From an uncultured Pseudomonadota bacterium (GTDB taxonomy: Bacteria > Pseudomonadota > Alphaproteobacteria > RF32 > CAG-239), in the NCBI GenBank assembly GCA_949295025.1, contig CASFJK010000002.1, positions 21,372-85,371 of the forward strand: a stretch of 64,000 bases of DNA, read 5' to 3'. Made by a program: the position numbers and the translations under genes. The notes beneath the pieces were generated by a model. That model saw only the letters and a program-made list of their open reading frames with translations, searched no databases and had not been told where the DNA came from. Position 1 is the stretch's first letter. Each line of letters starts with the position of its first letter. Positions 9,978 to 19,983 of the stretch are shown one piece after another.

Positions 9978-10099
9978 CTTTATGTCCCTTTTATAGACAC
10001 ATGATAGCAAATTTTTGTGTTAAATTAAAGTTTAATTTTGCTTGCTTATTTATATAAATTTTTTACAATAAAGCAAATTTATGAAGGAGATTGAAGATT

Positions 10100-11017
10100 A
10101 TGAAAGTTGTTTTTATGGGAACACCAGATTTTTCCGTTCCTGTTTTGGAGAAATTGGTTAAAGAACACGAAGTTATTTGTGTCTATACACGTGCGCCTAA
10201 AGAAGCCGGTCGCGGACAAAAAGAAACCAAAACTCCGGTTCATCTCAAAGCGGAAGAGCTCGGAATTGAAGTTCGTACGCCAAAAACTTTGCGCAATGCA
10301 GAAGAACAACAAAAATTTAAAAATCTTCAAGCGGATATTGCAGTTGTTGTCGCTTATGGTTTGATTTTGCCTAAAGAAATTTTGAATGCTTGTCCTAATG
10401 GATGCTTGAATATTCATGCTTCTTTGTTACCGCGTTGGCGCGGCGCAGCTCCGATTCAACGCGCAATTGAAATGGGCGATGAAAAGTCCGGTGTGACTAT
10501 TATGCAGATGGACGAGGGACTTGACACCGGTGACATGTTGCTCAAAAAAGAAGTGGAAATTACCGATACTACCACAGGCGGTGAGCTTCATGATGCGCTT
10601 TCTCAAATGGGGGCAGACTTGATTATGGAAGCTTTGAAAAACTATTCTTCTCTCAAGCACGAAAAGCAAGATGAAACCCTTACTTGCTATGCTTCTAAAT
10701 TGGAAAAAGAAGAAACTCATTTAGACTTTTCTCAATCAGCGGAAGTCTTGGAACGCAAAATCAGAGCTTTTAATCCATTTCCGTCAACCTATTTTGAATA
10801 TAAAGGAGAACGTTTCAAAGTTCATGAAGCTGAAGCTCTTATGGCAGATTCCGGCTATGCTGCAGGAACAATTATCCCAAATGACAGCGGCTTGTTGATT
10901 GCTTGCGGAGAGGGAATGCTCTTTATTACCAAAATTCAACGTCAGGGCAAAAAATCCATGCCGATTGAAGAGCTATTACGCGGTTTTCAATTCACCCCAG
11001 ATGAAATGGTTGCCTGA
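10100..11017 (+). CDS. fmt: Methionyl-tRNA formyltransferase
   Basis: MKVVFMGTPDFSVPVL... with the formyltransferase N-domain and HASLLPRWRGAAPI. ATG at 10100 has RBS aaggag 10 nt upstream; the track begins at the TTG at 10091. Confidence 0.9.
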   Translation: MKVVFMGTPDFSVPVLEKLVKEHEVICVYTRAPKEAGRGQKETKTPVHLKAEELGIEVRTPKTLRNAEEQQKFKNLQADIAVVVAYGLILPKEILNACPNGCLNIHASLLPRWRGAAPIQRAIEMGDEKSGVTIMQMDEGLDTGDMLLKKEVEITDTTTGGELHDALSQMGADLIMEALKNYSSLKHEKQDETLTCYASKLEKEETHLDFSQSAEVLERKIRAFNPFPSTYFEYKGERFKVHEAEALMADSGYAAGTIIPNDSGLLIACGEGMLFITKIQRQGKKSMPIEELLRGFQFTPDEMVA

Positions 11018-11125
11018 TTGCAACAATTTGCAAAAATATGTGTGTCGTGAAGTGATAAAAAAATCTTGTCCTTCACGACATTTTTTTTATACTAAATCCA
11101 TTGTTAAAATTTTTGGAGAATGATT

Positions 11126-12475
11126 ATGGGAAATAAATTGTTTGGTACCGATGGTGTACGTGGAGTGGCAAATGTTTATCCGATGACGGCAGATTTTGCC
11201 ATGAAATTGGCTTTGGCTTGTGCCGAAACGGTTTGCAAAAACAAAAAACGTGTGGCTATCGGTAAAGATACACGCATTTCCGGTGATATGCTTGAAGCGG
11301 CTCTTTCTGCCGGTTTTACAGCAAAGGGAATAGATGTTATTCGTTTAGGTGTTCTTCCGACACCGGCCGTTACCACAGTTACACCGATGCTTGATGTTGA
11401 TATGTCGGTGATGATTACGGCTTCTCATAATCCGTATAAAGACAATGGTATCAAATTGATTGCTGCTGACGGCGAAAAGTTTGCCGATACTGTTACAGCT
11501 GAGCTTGAAGCTAAAATTGAAGCTAATAATTTTTCTTATGATGAAAATGCTTTAGGCAAAATTAAAGATGACCACAAAGCAATTGATGAATATGTAAAAA
11601 ATGCAAAATCAACCATGAAAACTGGTGCCAACCTAAAAGGATTGAAAATCGTTTTAGATTGTGCCAATGGTGTTTTCTCTCAAATTATGCCGGAAGTTTA
11701 TAATGAATTAGGTGCTGAAATAATTACATTAGCTTGTTCTCCTAATGGTTTGAATATAAACAAAGATTGTGGTTCGATGCATCCGCAAAATATGATGGAA
11801 AAGGTTAAAGAAGTCAAAGCTGATTTAGGTATTGCCGTTGATGGTGATGGCGACAGAATCATCGTTTGCAACGATAAAGGCGAAAAAGTTGCTTCTGAAC
11901 AAATTATTGCTTTTCTTGCCCAGAATATGCAACTGAATGGTCGTGCCGTTGTTTCTACAGTGTTATCTAATACCGGTTTGGAACGCTTTGTCAAAGAAGA
12001 ACTAAAATTGCCATATTACAGTACTCCGGTCGGAGAACGTCACGTAGTTGCAAAAATGAAAGAAATTAACGGGGCTGTCGGTGGTGAAGAGTCCGGCCAC
12101 GTTGTAGCTTATGATTATTGTAAATCTGGTGATGCATTGATTGTTTCTTTGCTCATTTGTCAGTATCTCTTAAAAGCAAACAAAAAAATGAGTGAAATCT
12201 TTCCGATTTTTGCTATGGATCCGTTTGAATTTGTTAGCTTGCGTTTTAATTCTCGTGAACAAGTTAAAGAGGTGGTAAAATTACCTGAAATTTTAAGCCT
12301 TGTTGAAGAAAAGAAAAAACTTTTGGGGGATGAAGGACGTGTTGTTATTCATCCTTCCGGAACTGAGCCATTGGTCAGAGTTTGGGTTAGCGGAAAAGAG
12401 GCTGATAAAGTTAAGGCTATTCATAGTTCTTTGGTCAATGCTTTTAACAAACTGCAACAACAAAATGTAGCTTAA
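11126..12475 (+). CDS. glmM: Phosphoglucosamine mutase
   Basis: GTDGVRG plus the active-site TASHNPYKDNGIK. Start at 11126 has RBS GGAGA 6 nt upstream; an alternative ATG lies at 11120. Confidence 0.9.
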   Translation: MGNKLFGTDGVRGVANVYPMTADFAMKLALACAETVCKNKKRVAIGKDTRISGDMLEAALSAGFTAKGIDVIRLGVLPTPAVTTVTPMLDVDMSVMITASHNPYKDNGIKLIAADGEKFADTVTAELEAKIEANNFSYDENALGKIKDDHKAIDEYVKNAKSTMKTGANLKGLKIVLDCANGVFSQIMPEVYNELGAEIITLACSPNGLNINKDCGSMHPQNMMEKVKEVKADLGIAVDGDGDRIIVCNDKGEKVASEQIIAFLAQNMQLNGRAVVSTVLSNTGLERFVKEELKLPYYSTPVGERHVVAKMKEINGAVGGEESGHVVAYDYCKSGDALIVSLLICQYLLKANKKMSEIFPIFAMDPFEFVSLRFNSREQVKEVVKLPEILSLVEEKKKLLGDEGRVVIHPSGTEPLVRVWVSGKEADKVKAIHSSLVNAFNKLQQQNVA

Positions 12476-12540
12476 ACTTTTGTTTACTTTCTGAGCGTAT
12501 AATGATAAATGTAATATGAATTTTAGGGAGCTTTTCTCTC

Positions 12541-12759
12541 ATGGTATATAATCAAGATAATTCTAATTTAGATTGGCAAAGAAATCTAAAATCTACAGCA
12601 AAACCCATTGCCAGAGGTAGTCAGGTTTTGGTTAATTATACGCTCAGAAAAAATGAAAATGCATTTTTAAGACCAAGCACTACACGTTGTGTTTGGCCAG
12701 GGTCTATTTTGACTAATGAAAGTAAGGTTTTCAGCCGTAGATTGACCGTTAAGGCATAG
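12541..12759 (+). CDS. Possible small ORF (72 aa), unsupported
   Basis: ORF only, with a weak RBS. Confidence 0.2.
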   Translation: MVYNQDNSNLDWQRNLKSTAKPIARGSQVLVNYTLRKNENAFLRPSTTRCVWPGSILTNESKVFSRRLTVKA

Positions 12760-12764
12760 GTGCT

Positions 12765-13085
12765 ATGATTAAAGGAATTATGGCTCTTTTTAGAACCGGA
12801 ATCATTTTTGATCCATTTGTCTTGTTGGGAATTTTTATGGGCTTTTTTACAGCTCTTACACCTAACAAAGAGGCGATGGAAATTTTGTATCAGCAAAATA
12901 GTTTTTATTTGTTGATTTTGTTGATTGCTTTTCTTTACAATTATTTCATTAAAAAAGTATATAAAGATGATGGTTATACGCTAAATTACGTGCGTATGGC
13001 TCTGAATATTGTTTTTTCAGTGGTTAAGTTTGTTATATCTTGTTCTTTAAGTATCGTTTTTGTAATGATGCTTTTTGCGTTCTAA
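12765..13085 (+). CDS. Possible small membrane protein (106 aa)
   Basis: Three hydrophobic segments. Immediately follows the previous ORF. Confidence 0.3.
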   Translation: MIKGIMALFRTGIIFDPFVLLGIFMGFFTALTPNKEAMEILYQQNSFYLLILLIAFLYNYFIKKVYKDDGYTLNYVRMALNIVFSVVKFVISCSLSIVFVMMLFAF

Positions 13086-13094
13086 ATAAAATTT

Positions 13095-13265
13095 TTAAAT
13101 CGATATATCTAAGAGGTGGTCAGATGTGGCCGCGGCCATTTGTTCAGAAGCTTCTGTCAGAAGCTCTGTTACTTGTTGTTGCATTTCTATATTGGTTTTA
13201 ATTAAAGACATTTGCATTTGCTGCATTGAAAGCGCATAATTGCTAAGAGCACCTAATGATGACAT
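13095..13265 (-). CDS. YjfB-like putative motility mini-protein (56 aa, below the ORF-track cutoff)
   Basis: Reverse complement gives MSSLGALSNYALSMQQMQMSLIKTNIEMQQQVTELLTEASEQMAAATSDHLLDISI* with RBS AGGAG 7 nt upstream. Composition and pattern match the YjfB motility family. Confidence 0.45.
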   Translation of the reverse strand: MSSLGALSNYALSMQQMQMSLIKTNIEMQQQVTELLTEASEQMAAATSDHLLDISI

Positions 13266-13333
13266 GTCTTTATCTCCTTACAAAATATCTTGTATATATT
13301 TATGAATATATCATAAAAATTAAAGAATGTTAA

Positions 13334-13370
13334 ATAAAAAAAGAGGCTCAATATTGAACCTCTTTTTTTT
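13334..13370. terminator. Bidirectional terminator after the permease paralog A gene
   Basis: Hairpin agaggctcaatattgaacctct is flanked by an A-run and a T-run, and is nearly identical to the one at 14813-14850. Confidence 0.7.
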
Positions 13371-13385
13371 ATTGTATATGGCTGA

Positions 13386-14729
13386 TTACATGAAATATTG
13401 AATTTCCAAAAATACGGAAGCAATAAACACGCTAATCAGCATGGTCGGAATGGACCAGAGTAAGAAACCAATAAAACTGATTGGATGTCCTTCTCGTTGA
13501 GCCATACCGGCAACAATTACGTTGGCGGAAGCACCAATCAGTGTACCGTTGCCACCAAAGCAAGCACCTAAAGATAATGCCCACCAAACCGGCATCATGG
13601 CTTCACGTCCTCCCATTGATTCTTCCATAGATTTTATCATCGGAATCATGGTTGCTACGAATGGAATGTTATCAATAGCACTGGAAATGAAAGCAGAAGA
13701 CCACAAAATGAGGAATGCTGCTTTTTCAATGCTGCCTTCGGTCATTTCTACAAATTTTTCGCCCATGAGAGCTAAGACACCTGTTACTTCCAAGCCATAA
13801 ACAATGACAAACAAACCAGAGAAGAAAAAGATGGTGGTCCAGTCTACCGAGCCTAGAATATTTTCTACTTTTTGTTCTCTTTCTTCATGGCTTTCTCCGA
13901 TAGTGTAAAGTAAGAGCAACACAGCAGCACCGGCAATGGCAATTGTGCCGTTAGCAATATGGAAATGTTCAGCACTCATAAAACCGGTAATGACAAGGAA
14001 CAAAACGGTTAAAGCTTTTTTCAGCAAAGATTTATCTGTAATGCAGTCTTTTTCATTGATGCTCATGACAGTTGCTTTATTTGCTTCTGTTGTAACTAAG
14101 CGGCGTCCCCAAATTAGATCAAAACCTAATGCTAAGACTAACATGGTTACGATAACAATTGGGCTCAATTCAAACAGAAAGTCGGTGAAAGACAATCCTA
14201 AAGAAGAACCAATCAAAATGTTTGGAGGATCTCCAATTAAGGTTGCCGTACCACCGATGTTGGAAGCAAAAATTTCCAAAACCAGATAGGGATAAGGATT
14301 GATGTTGAGTTTTCTCGTGATTTGGAATGTGACCGGAGCAATAAGCAAAACAGTGGTTACATTATCTAAAAAGGCTGAGAAAAAGGTTGTTACCAAAGCC
14401 AGAACAACTAATAAACCTCTGGGGTTGGCATTAACTTTTTTTGCGGCCCATACGGCAACATATTGGAACATTCCTGATTTTTCGGAAATGCTGACAATAG
14501 ACATCATACCAATAAGTAAAGCCAATGTGTTAAAATCAATTCCTTTTAATGCAGTTTGTTGAGTTAGAATTCCGGCAAAAATCATGATGCAGGCGCCAAG
14601 CAAAGCTACAATAGCTCTGTTTACTTTTTCCGTAAACAAAATGACATAAGCTATGATGACAATGGCGACGGCAACGACTTTTGCATCTAGCCCAAAAACC
14701 AGATTAGGTATTGTAGATACATCAGACAT
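13386..14729 (-). CDS. ArsB/NhaD-superfamily permease (NhaD-like Na+/H+ antiporter or anion transporter), paralog A
   Basis: 447 aa polytopic membrane protein with FLDNVTTVLLI, LIGDPPNILIG and GGNGTLIGASANVIVAG. Confidence 0.8.
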   Translation of the reverse strand: MSDVSTIPNLVFGLDAKVVAVAIVIIAYVILFTEKVNRAIVALLGACIMIFAGILTQQTALKGIDFNTLALLIGMMSIVSISEKSGMFQYVAVWAAKKVNANPRGLLVVLALVTTFFSAFLDNVTTVLLIAPVTFQITRKLNINPYPYLVLEIFASNIGGTATLIGDPPNILIGSSLGLSFTDFLFELSPIVIVTMLVLALGFDLIWGRRLVTTEANKATVMSINEKDCITDKSLLKKALTVLFLVITGFMSAEHFHIANGTIAIAGAAVLLLLYTIGESHEEREQKVENILGSVDWTTIFFFSGLFVIVYGLEVTGVLALMGEKFVEMTEGSIEKAAFLILWSSAFISSAIDNIPFVATMIPMIKSMEESMGGREAMMPVWWALSLGACFGGNGTLIGASANVIVAGMAQREGHPISFIGFLLWSIPTMLISVFIASVFLEIQYFM

Positions 14730-14812
14730 TTTTTTCTTTCCTTAGTTATTAGAATCTTTCTAAACAATTATGTTATATGCTGATAAAACTAATATAATCT
14801 TAATTTTTTAGA

Positions 14813-14850
14813 ATAAAAAAAGAGGTTCAACATTGAACCTCTTTTTTTGT
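14813..14850. terminator. Bidirectional terminator after the permease paralog B gene
   Basis: Hairpin agaggttcaa-cat-tgaacctct with a perfect 9-bp stem, flanked by an A-run and a T-run. Confidence 0.75.
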
Positions 14851-14863
14851 TTTATGATATGTT

Positions 14864-16213
14864 TTACATGAAGTGTCTGATGTGCAGATACATGGCGGCG
14901 ATGCCAGTTGAAATCAGCATGGTCGGAATGGACCAGATCAAAAACTTCAAGAAGCTAATCGGGTGGCCTTCGCGCTGAGCCATACCGGCAACAATAACGT
15001 TGGCAGAGGCTGCAATCAAAGAACCGTTACCACCAAAGCAAGCACCTAATGATAATGCCCACCAAACCGGCATCATAGCTTCGCGTCCGCCCATTGATTC
15101 TTCCATAGATTTAATCATCGGAATCATGGTTGCTACAAACGGAATGTTATCAATGGCGGTTGAAACAAAAGCAGAAACCCAGATAACCAACATGGCGGCT
15201 TTTTCAATACTACCTTCGGTCATCTCAACAAACTTTTGTCCCATCAATTCCAGAACTCCGGATTCTTCCAAGCCATAAACAATTGCAAACAAACCAGCAA
15301 AGAAAAAGATGGTGGTCCAATCAACCAAACCTAAAGCTTCTTCAACTTTTCTTTCTCTTTCGCTGTGTTCTTCACCTAAGGTGTAGAGCAGGAGTAAAAC
15401 AGCGGCACCAAACATAGCAATTGTTCCGTTGGCTATGTGGAAATGTTCAGCACAAATAAAGCCTAAGATAACGGCAGCTAAAACAAATAAAGACTTTTTA
15501 AGCAAGGTCCAGTCGGTGATGCTATCAACTTCATTAATGCTCATGACCAGTTTTTTGTGCTCGTCTGTCGTGACAATTCTTTTGCCCCAAATAAAGTCAA
15601 AAATGAGAACTTGTACAAGCATGGTGAAGGCAACGACAGGTGTGAGTTCAAACAAAAAGTCGGTGAAAGATAAGTTGATGGCTGAGCCAATCAAAATGTT
15701 TGGTGGGTCACCGATTAAAGTTGCCGTACCACCGATGTTTGATGCAAAAATTTCGGCAATCAAATATGGGTAGGGGGTGATTTGTAGTTTTCTGGTGATT
15801 TGAAATGTAACAGGAACAATTAATAAAACAGTGGTTACATTATCCAAAAAAGCAGAGAATACGGCTGTTACTAAGCTTAAAACGACCAAAATTCCTCTCG
15901 GATTGGCTTTTACCTTTTTGGCAGACCAGATTGCAACATATTGAAACATACCAGATTTTTCAGAGATGCCAACAATTGTCATCATACCAATTAACAAAGC
16001 CAAAGTGTTAAAATCAATACCTTTTAATGCTGTTTCTTGGGTTAAGATTCCGGCAAAAATCATGACGCTGGCGCCAATCAAAGCAACAACAGCACGGTTG
16101 AGTTTTTCGGTGAACAAAATGATGTAGCTTATTACCAAAATGGCAGTAGACAACACCATCGGATTCATGCCGAAAATCACGTTAGATACGTGGGGTAAGT
16201 TTTCTACAGGCAT
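14864..16213 (-). CDS. ArsB/NhaD-superfamily permease, paralog B
   Basis: 449 aa and about 80% identical to paralog A across its length. Confidence 0.8.
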   Translation of the reverse strand: MPVENLPHVSNVIFGMNPMVLSTAILVISYIILFTEKLNRAVVALIGASVMIFAGILTQETALKGIDFNTLALLIGMMTIVGISEKSGMFQYVAIWSAKKVKANPRGILVVLSLVTAVFSAFLDNVTTVLLIVPVTFQITRKLQITPYPYLIAEIFASNIGGTATLIGDPPNILIGSAINLSFTDFLFELTPVVAFTMLVQVLIFDFIWGKRIVTTDEHKKLVMSINEVDSITDWTLLKKSLFVLAAVILGFICAEHFHIANGTIAMFGAAVLLLLYTLGEEHSERERKVEEALGLVDWTTIFFFAGLFAIVYGLEESGVLELMGQKFVEMTEGSIEKAAMLVIWVSAFVSTAIDNIPFVATMIPMIKSMEESMGGREAMMPVWWALSLGACFGGNGSLIAASANVIVAGMAQREGHPISFLKFLIWSIPTMLISTGIAAMYLHIRHFM

Positions 16214-16276
16214 GTTTATCTCCTGAACCTAATTATTATTTCCGGTTCAGATTAACAAATAATCCTAAACTTTATA

Positions 16277-17002
16277 TTAATTTTGACGACTGATATAATT
16301 TATGGCGCCGTATAAAGAATTGATTTCTTGTTCGGTTAACTGAGTGCGGGTAAAAATGTTTTGCAAATTGATAAACATTTTTTCTCTTTTGTCACCTTCT
16401 TTATAATTACCACAGTTTTCCAACAATTTTTCAAAGTGTTGAACAAATTTTATAACTTTGTCTTTGGATGCCAAAGATGTTCCATTCATTTCCAAATGAA
16501 CTTCGGGTTTTTCTATTTGCGTTTTGTAGAATTCATAACATATGATTAAAACAGCTTGAGATAAATTAAGAGAGCTGTGTTTGGGGTTAAGAGGGATATT
16601 TATTATTGCGTTAGCTAAACTAACATCTACATTACTTAAACCAGTTCTTTCACAACCAAATAAAATGCCGCAAGAACCATGTCCTGTAATGAATTTGCTC
16701 ATTTCCACCGCAGCCGTATCTGCATTGTAAACCGGTTTTATTTGATCGCGGTGTCGAGCTGTGGCTGCATAAACATAATTCAAATCGGCAATGGCTTCTT
16801 CCGTGGAGGCATAGACCTTAGCATTGTATAAAATTTCTTCGGCATTGGATGATGCTGATATGGCTTTGGCAGAGAGATGATCTTCTCTTGGATTGACTAA
16901 ACGTAATTCATAAAGACCACAGTTCATCATGGCGCGAGCAGACATACCTACATTTTCTGCCATTTGCGGGCCGACTAAAATTATGACAGGTTGTTGTGAC
17001 AT
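16277..17002 (-). CDS. trmJ: SpoU-family tRNA 2'-O-methyltransferase (TrmJ-like)
   Basis: N-terminus ...ILVGPQMAENVGMSARAMMNCGL..LRLVNP matches the TrmJ/SpoU signature. Has a C-terminal extension. Confidence 0.7.
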   Translation of the reverse strand: MSQQPVIILVGPQMAENVGMSARAMMNCGLYELRLVNPREDHLSAKAISASSNAEEILYNAKVYASTEEAIADLNYVYAATARHRDQIKPVYNADTAAVEMSKFITGHGSCGILFGCERTGLSNVDVSLANAIINIPLNPKHSSLNLSQAVLIICYEFYKTQIEKPEVHLEMNGTSLASKDKVIKFVQHFEKLLENCGNYKEGDKREKMFINLQNIFTRTQLTEQEINSLYGAINYISRQN

Positions 17003-17025
17003 TTATTTTCTTATTACCTTCCTAA

Positions 17026-17427
17026 TTATTTTAACAAATCTGCAGCAGTTGGACGTGCTGATTTTTCTTTTTCATCAGGAAGTTTTACTTGAATTATTTC
17101 TTTTTGTAAACCAATATCATCTTGCATATATTGGCTCAATGCTTTTTTATCTTGAATATTGACTTCTTTGGTGGGTTGGTCCATGCGCCTTTTTAAAGCG
17201 TTACTATTTCTGATATATTCTCTCATCAAAGGATCGTTTGCTTTGTTGTAAATTTGTTTGTTTATCTCTGAAACGATTTTTCCTTTGTTTTCAATTTCAG
17301 CTTGTTTGATTCTGACTTCACTCGGAATTGGTTCCGTGGTTGTTGTGTCGGCTTCATCTTGTGCTAAACAAGTCGAGTTGGTTGCTAATAAAGCAGTGAG
17401 ACTTAAGGTGGCAATTTTTTTTAACAT
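17026..17427 (-). CDS. Secreted hypothetical protein
   Basis: Signal peptide MLKKIATLSLTALLATNSTCLA followed by a charged low-complexity body. Confidence 0.45.
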   Translation of the reverse strand: MLKKIATLSLTALLATNSTCLAQDEADTTTTEPIPSEVRIKQAEIENKGKIVSEINKQIYNKANDPLMREYIRNSNALKRRMDQPTKEVNIQDKKALSQYMQDDIGLQKEIIQVKLPDEKEKSARPTAADLLK

Positions 17428-17441
17428 TTGTTGTCTCCTGA

Positions 17442-18041
17442 TTAATCGGTACCTAAAACATCCAATGAGTTAAACATGAGGTTTTCTAAATCCAGACCAG
17501 TGCCACGTTCAAAAACTTCAATCAGGCCATTGGTCATACCGCGTAAAGGATCATCTTTAACATCGGCTTGCATAACTTCATCATAAGCGGTGCGCAATTT
17601 TTTTGAATAGTCTTGCGGCATGCTTTTGATTTTAGCATCGTAGCTATCCGGAATTTTGTAACCCATTTTGCGTAAGTGTTCCAATGCCGTAATCATGTTA
17701 TGGCGGTTAACTTCAGGAGCAATCATTTCTTGACCTTTGGCATCGGTATAGGTTGTGGCTTCACCAATATAATTTAATTTACCATGTTGTCCGCTGCCAC
17801 GCCAAGTTTTGATGCCACTTTTATCTCTGGCTCTGGCCCATGGATCAACCGGCAAAATTTCACCGCCGTTTTCTGTATTGTCATAAACAGGAGCTTTAGT
17901 AATATCTGTATCTGCAACATTTTCTCCAAAGTAACCGTCATTGGGATTAGGAGCCCAAGGGTTGGTTGGAAGCTGTGCCATGGCACTGCTTGATAAAAAG
18001 ACAATGCCTACAAAAGTTAAGATACCGATAGAATTTTTCAT
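17442..18041 (-). CDS. Secreted hypothetical protein
   Basis: Signal peptide ...SSSAMAQ. 199 aa with no recognised domain. Confidence 0.5.
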   Translation of the reverse strand: MKNSIGILTFVGIVFLSSSAMAQLPTNPWAPNPNDGYFGENVADTDITKAPVYDNTENGGEILPVDPWARARDKSGIKTWRGSGQHGKLNYIGEATTYTDAKGQEMIAPEVNRHNMITALEHLRKMGYKIPDSYDAKIKSMPQDYSKKLRTAYDEVMQADVKDDPLRGMTNGLIEVFERGTGLDLENLMFNSLDVLGTD

Positions 18042-18117
18042 GATTCTTCTCCTACCATATACTTCTACTATACCTTATTTTTTAGCAAAAGAATAGTTAC
18101 AATTTGATTAAATATTG

Positions 18118-19206
18118 TCAATATTTACAGATAAAACCGCCGCCCATAACGCGTGTGTCATTATAAATGCAGCAGCCTTGTCCAGGAGCAACACCATAAA
18201 AATCGTTTAACAAATTTACTTCTGCCATGCCGTTATCTAAAAATTTAATACGAGCAGGAACTTCTTTTTGACGGGAACGTAGTTTTACCATATATTCTCC
18301 ATCTTGAGCTTTATCGCCGGCAAGCCAGTTCACATTTTGGATTAAAACTTTTTTCTGTCGAAGTTCGTCTTCATGTCCAACAATGAGACGATTGTTTTCT
18401 ACATCCAGTTTTAAGACGTATAAAATACCAATGTCACCACCGATACCCAATCCTCGTCTTTGACCAACGGTATAGTTGATTAAGCCTTTGTGTTGGCCGA
18501 TGATTTTGCCATTGGTTGTGACAATATCTCCCGATTCATTCTTAAAATCAGGGTTGAGATTTTTTATCAAATCAACATATTTACCGTTGCTGACAAAACA
18601 AATATCTTGGCTATCTGTTTTTTTATATATTTCTAATCCGGCAGATTGAACCAAAGCTCGTGTTTGTTCTTTGGTATAATCTGCCAGAGGACAACGCAGC
18701 ATTTCTAAATTGCGTCTTTCAATATCAAACAAAAAATAGCTTTGGTCTTTTTTTAAATCAGCACCTTTATGTAATTCAACACCGCAGGGAGTTACGCGAA
18801 TATCGGCATAATGACCGGTAACTAATATATCGGCTCCAAGCTCTCTGGCTTTGTCTGCCAGTAAACCAAGTTTGATATGACGATTGCACATAATGCAAGG
18901 CGAGGGAGTAAGACCTTCTTTATAGGCATTGGTAAAGTAGTGTACCACTTTATCGGCAAAATCTTTTTTATAATCTATAAAATGATGTTCAATGCCTAAA
19001 TGTTCAGCAACCTTTTGAGCATCTTTGATTGAAGAAATTTCAGGAGCATAGGGAGGTCGTAGCAAATCCATGGTTAATCCGAAGACTTCGTAACCTTGTT
19101 GTTTTAACATTACAGCAGCGGCAGAGCTATCTACGCCGCCGGACATGGCAACACAAACTTTGGTTTGAGAGGTGGGTTTATTAATTCCGAGTGAATTTTC
19201 AGGCAT
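18118..19206 (-). CDS. mnmA: tRNA-specific 2-thiouridylase
   Basis: PP-loop motif VAMSGGVDSS plus the MnmA catalytic cysteines. Confidence 0.9.
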   Translation of the reverse strand: MPENSLGINKPTSQTKVCVAMSGGVDSSAAAVMLKQQGYEVFGLTMDLLRPPYAPEISSIKDAQKVAEHLGIEHHFIDYKKDFADKVVHYFTNAYKEGLTPSPCIMCNRHIKLGLLADKARELGADILVTGHYADIRVTPCGVELHKGADLKKDQSYFLFDIERRNLEMLRCPLADYTKEQTRALVQSAGLEIYKKTDSQDICFVSNGKYVDLIKNLNPDFKNESGDIVTTNGKIIGQHKGLINYTVGQRRGLGIGGDIGILYVLKLDVENNRLIVGHEDELRQKKVLIQNVNWLAGDKAQDGEYMVKLRSRQKEVPARIKFLDNGMAEVNLLNDFYGVAPGQGCCIYNDTRVMGGGFICKY

Positions 19207-19208
19207 CT

Positions 19209-19886
19209 TTATTTTCCTGTTTTGAGTTCGTTAATTTCTTTTTGTAATTTTATTATTTCTTCGCTTAATTTTTCAATTTTTTCAGCAATAGGGTCTTTGA
19301 TTTGAGCCGTAACCCCATAAGCTTCAAAACGCTTTTTCTCATCTTTGTTTAATTGGCTATGATGAGCAGGGACCCCGACAACCGTCATATTGGAGGCAAC
19401 GTCTTTCAAAACAACGGCATTGGAACCAACCTTCACGTTATTACCGATTGTAATCGGACCTAAAATTTGCGCTCCTGAGCCGATAATGACATTGTTGCCA
19501 ATGGTGGGATGACGTTTAGTCATAATTTTGCCGTTTTCGTTAAAGACAGTTGTGCCACCAAGTGTAACATCATGATACATGGTCACATTATTACCTATTT
19601 CAGTTGTTTCGCCAATGACAACGCCCATGCCATGATCAATAAAAAATCCTTCTCCGATTTTGGCTCCAGGGTGAATTTCGATTCCAGTTAAAAAACGAGA
19701 AATTTGTGAAAAAATTCTTGCCGTAAGCTTAAAATTTTTCTTCCAAAGATAATGATTAAAACGATAAAAAAGAATTGCGTGCAAGCCTGAAGAGCAGAGA
19801 ATCGCAGCGGTTCGACTACTGGTGGCAGGGTCTCTTTGTATGACGGCATCAATGTCTTTTAAAATTAACTTGTATTTTTCAATCAT
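19209..19886 (-). CDS. cysE: Serine O-acetyltransferase
   Basis: SAT N-domain plus left-handed beta-helix hexapeptide repeats. The C-terminus has a coiled-coil-like extension. Confidence 0.8.
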   Translation of the reverse strand: MIEKYKLILKDIDAVIQRDPATSSRTAAILCSSGLHAILFYRFNHYLWKKNFKLTARIFSQISRFLTGIEIHPGAKIGEGFFIDHGMGVVIGETTEIGNNVTMYHDVTLGGTTVFNENGKIMTKRHPTIGNNVIIGSGAQILGPITIGNNVKVGSNAVVLKDVASNMTVVGVPAHHSQLNKDEKKRFEAYGVTAQIKDPIAEKIEKLSEEIIKLQKEINELKTGK

Positions 19887-19983
19887 TTTATGCTACATTC
19901 CTCAAAAAAATTAATAATTTATATATCTTTATTGTTATATATATTGTAAAGATGTTAAATTTTAAGTTAAGAAGAGAATTTAT

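Noticed and set aside
13522-15773. Conserved antisense ORF pairs inside the two permease genes (for example 13522-13800 and 15000-15278, which look homologous)
   Set aside because: Their similarity is a consequence of the tandem gene duplication, not of selection. They are antisense to strong membrane-protein genes.
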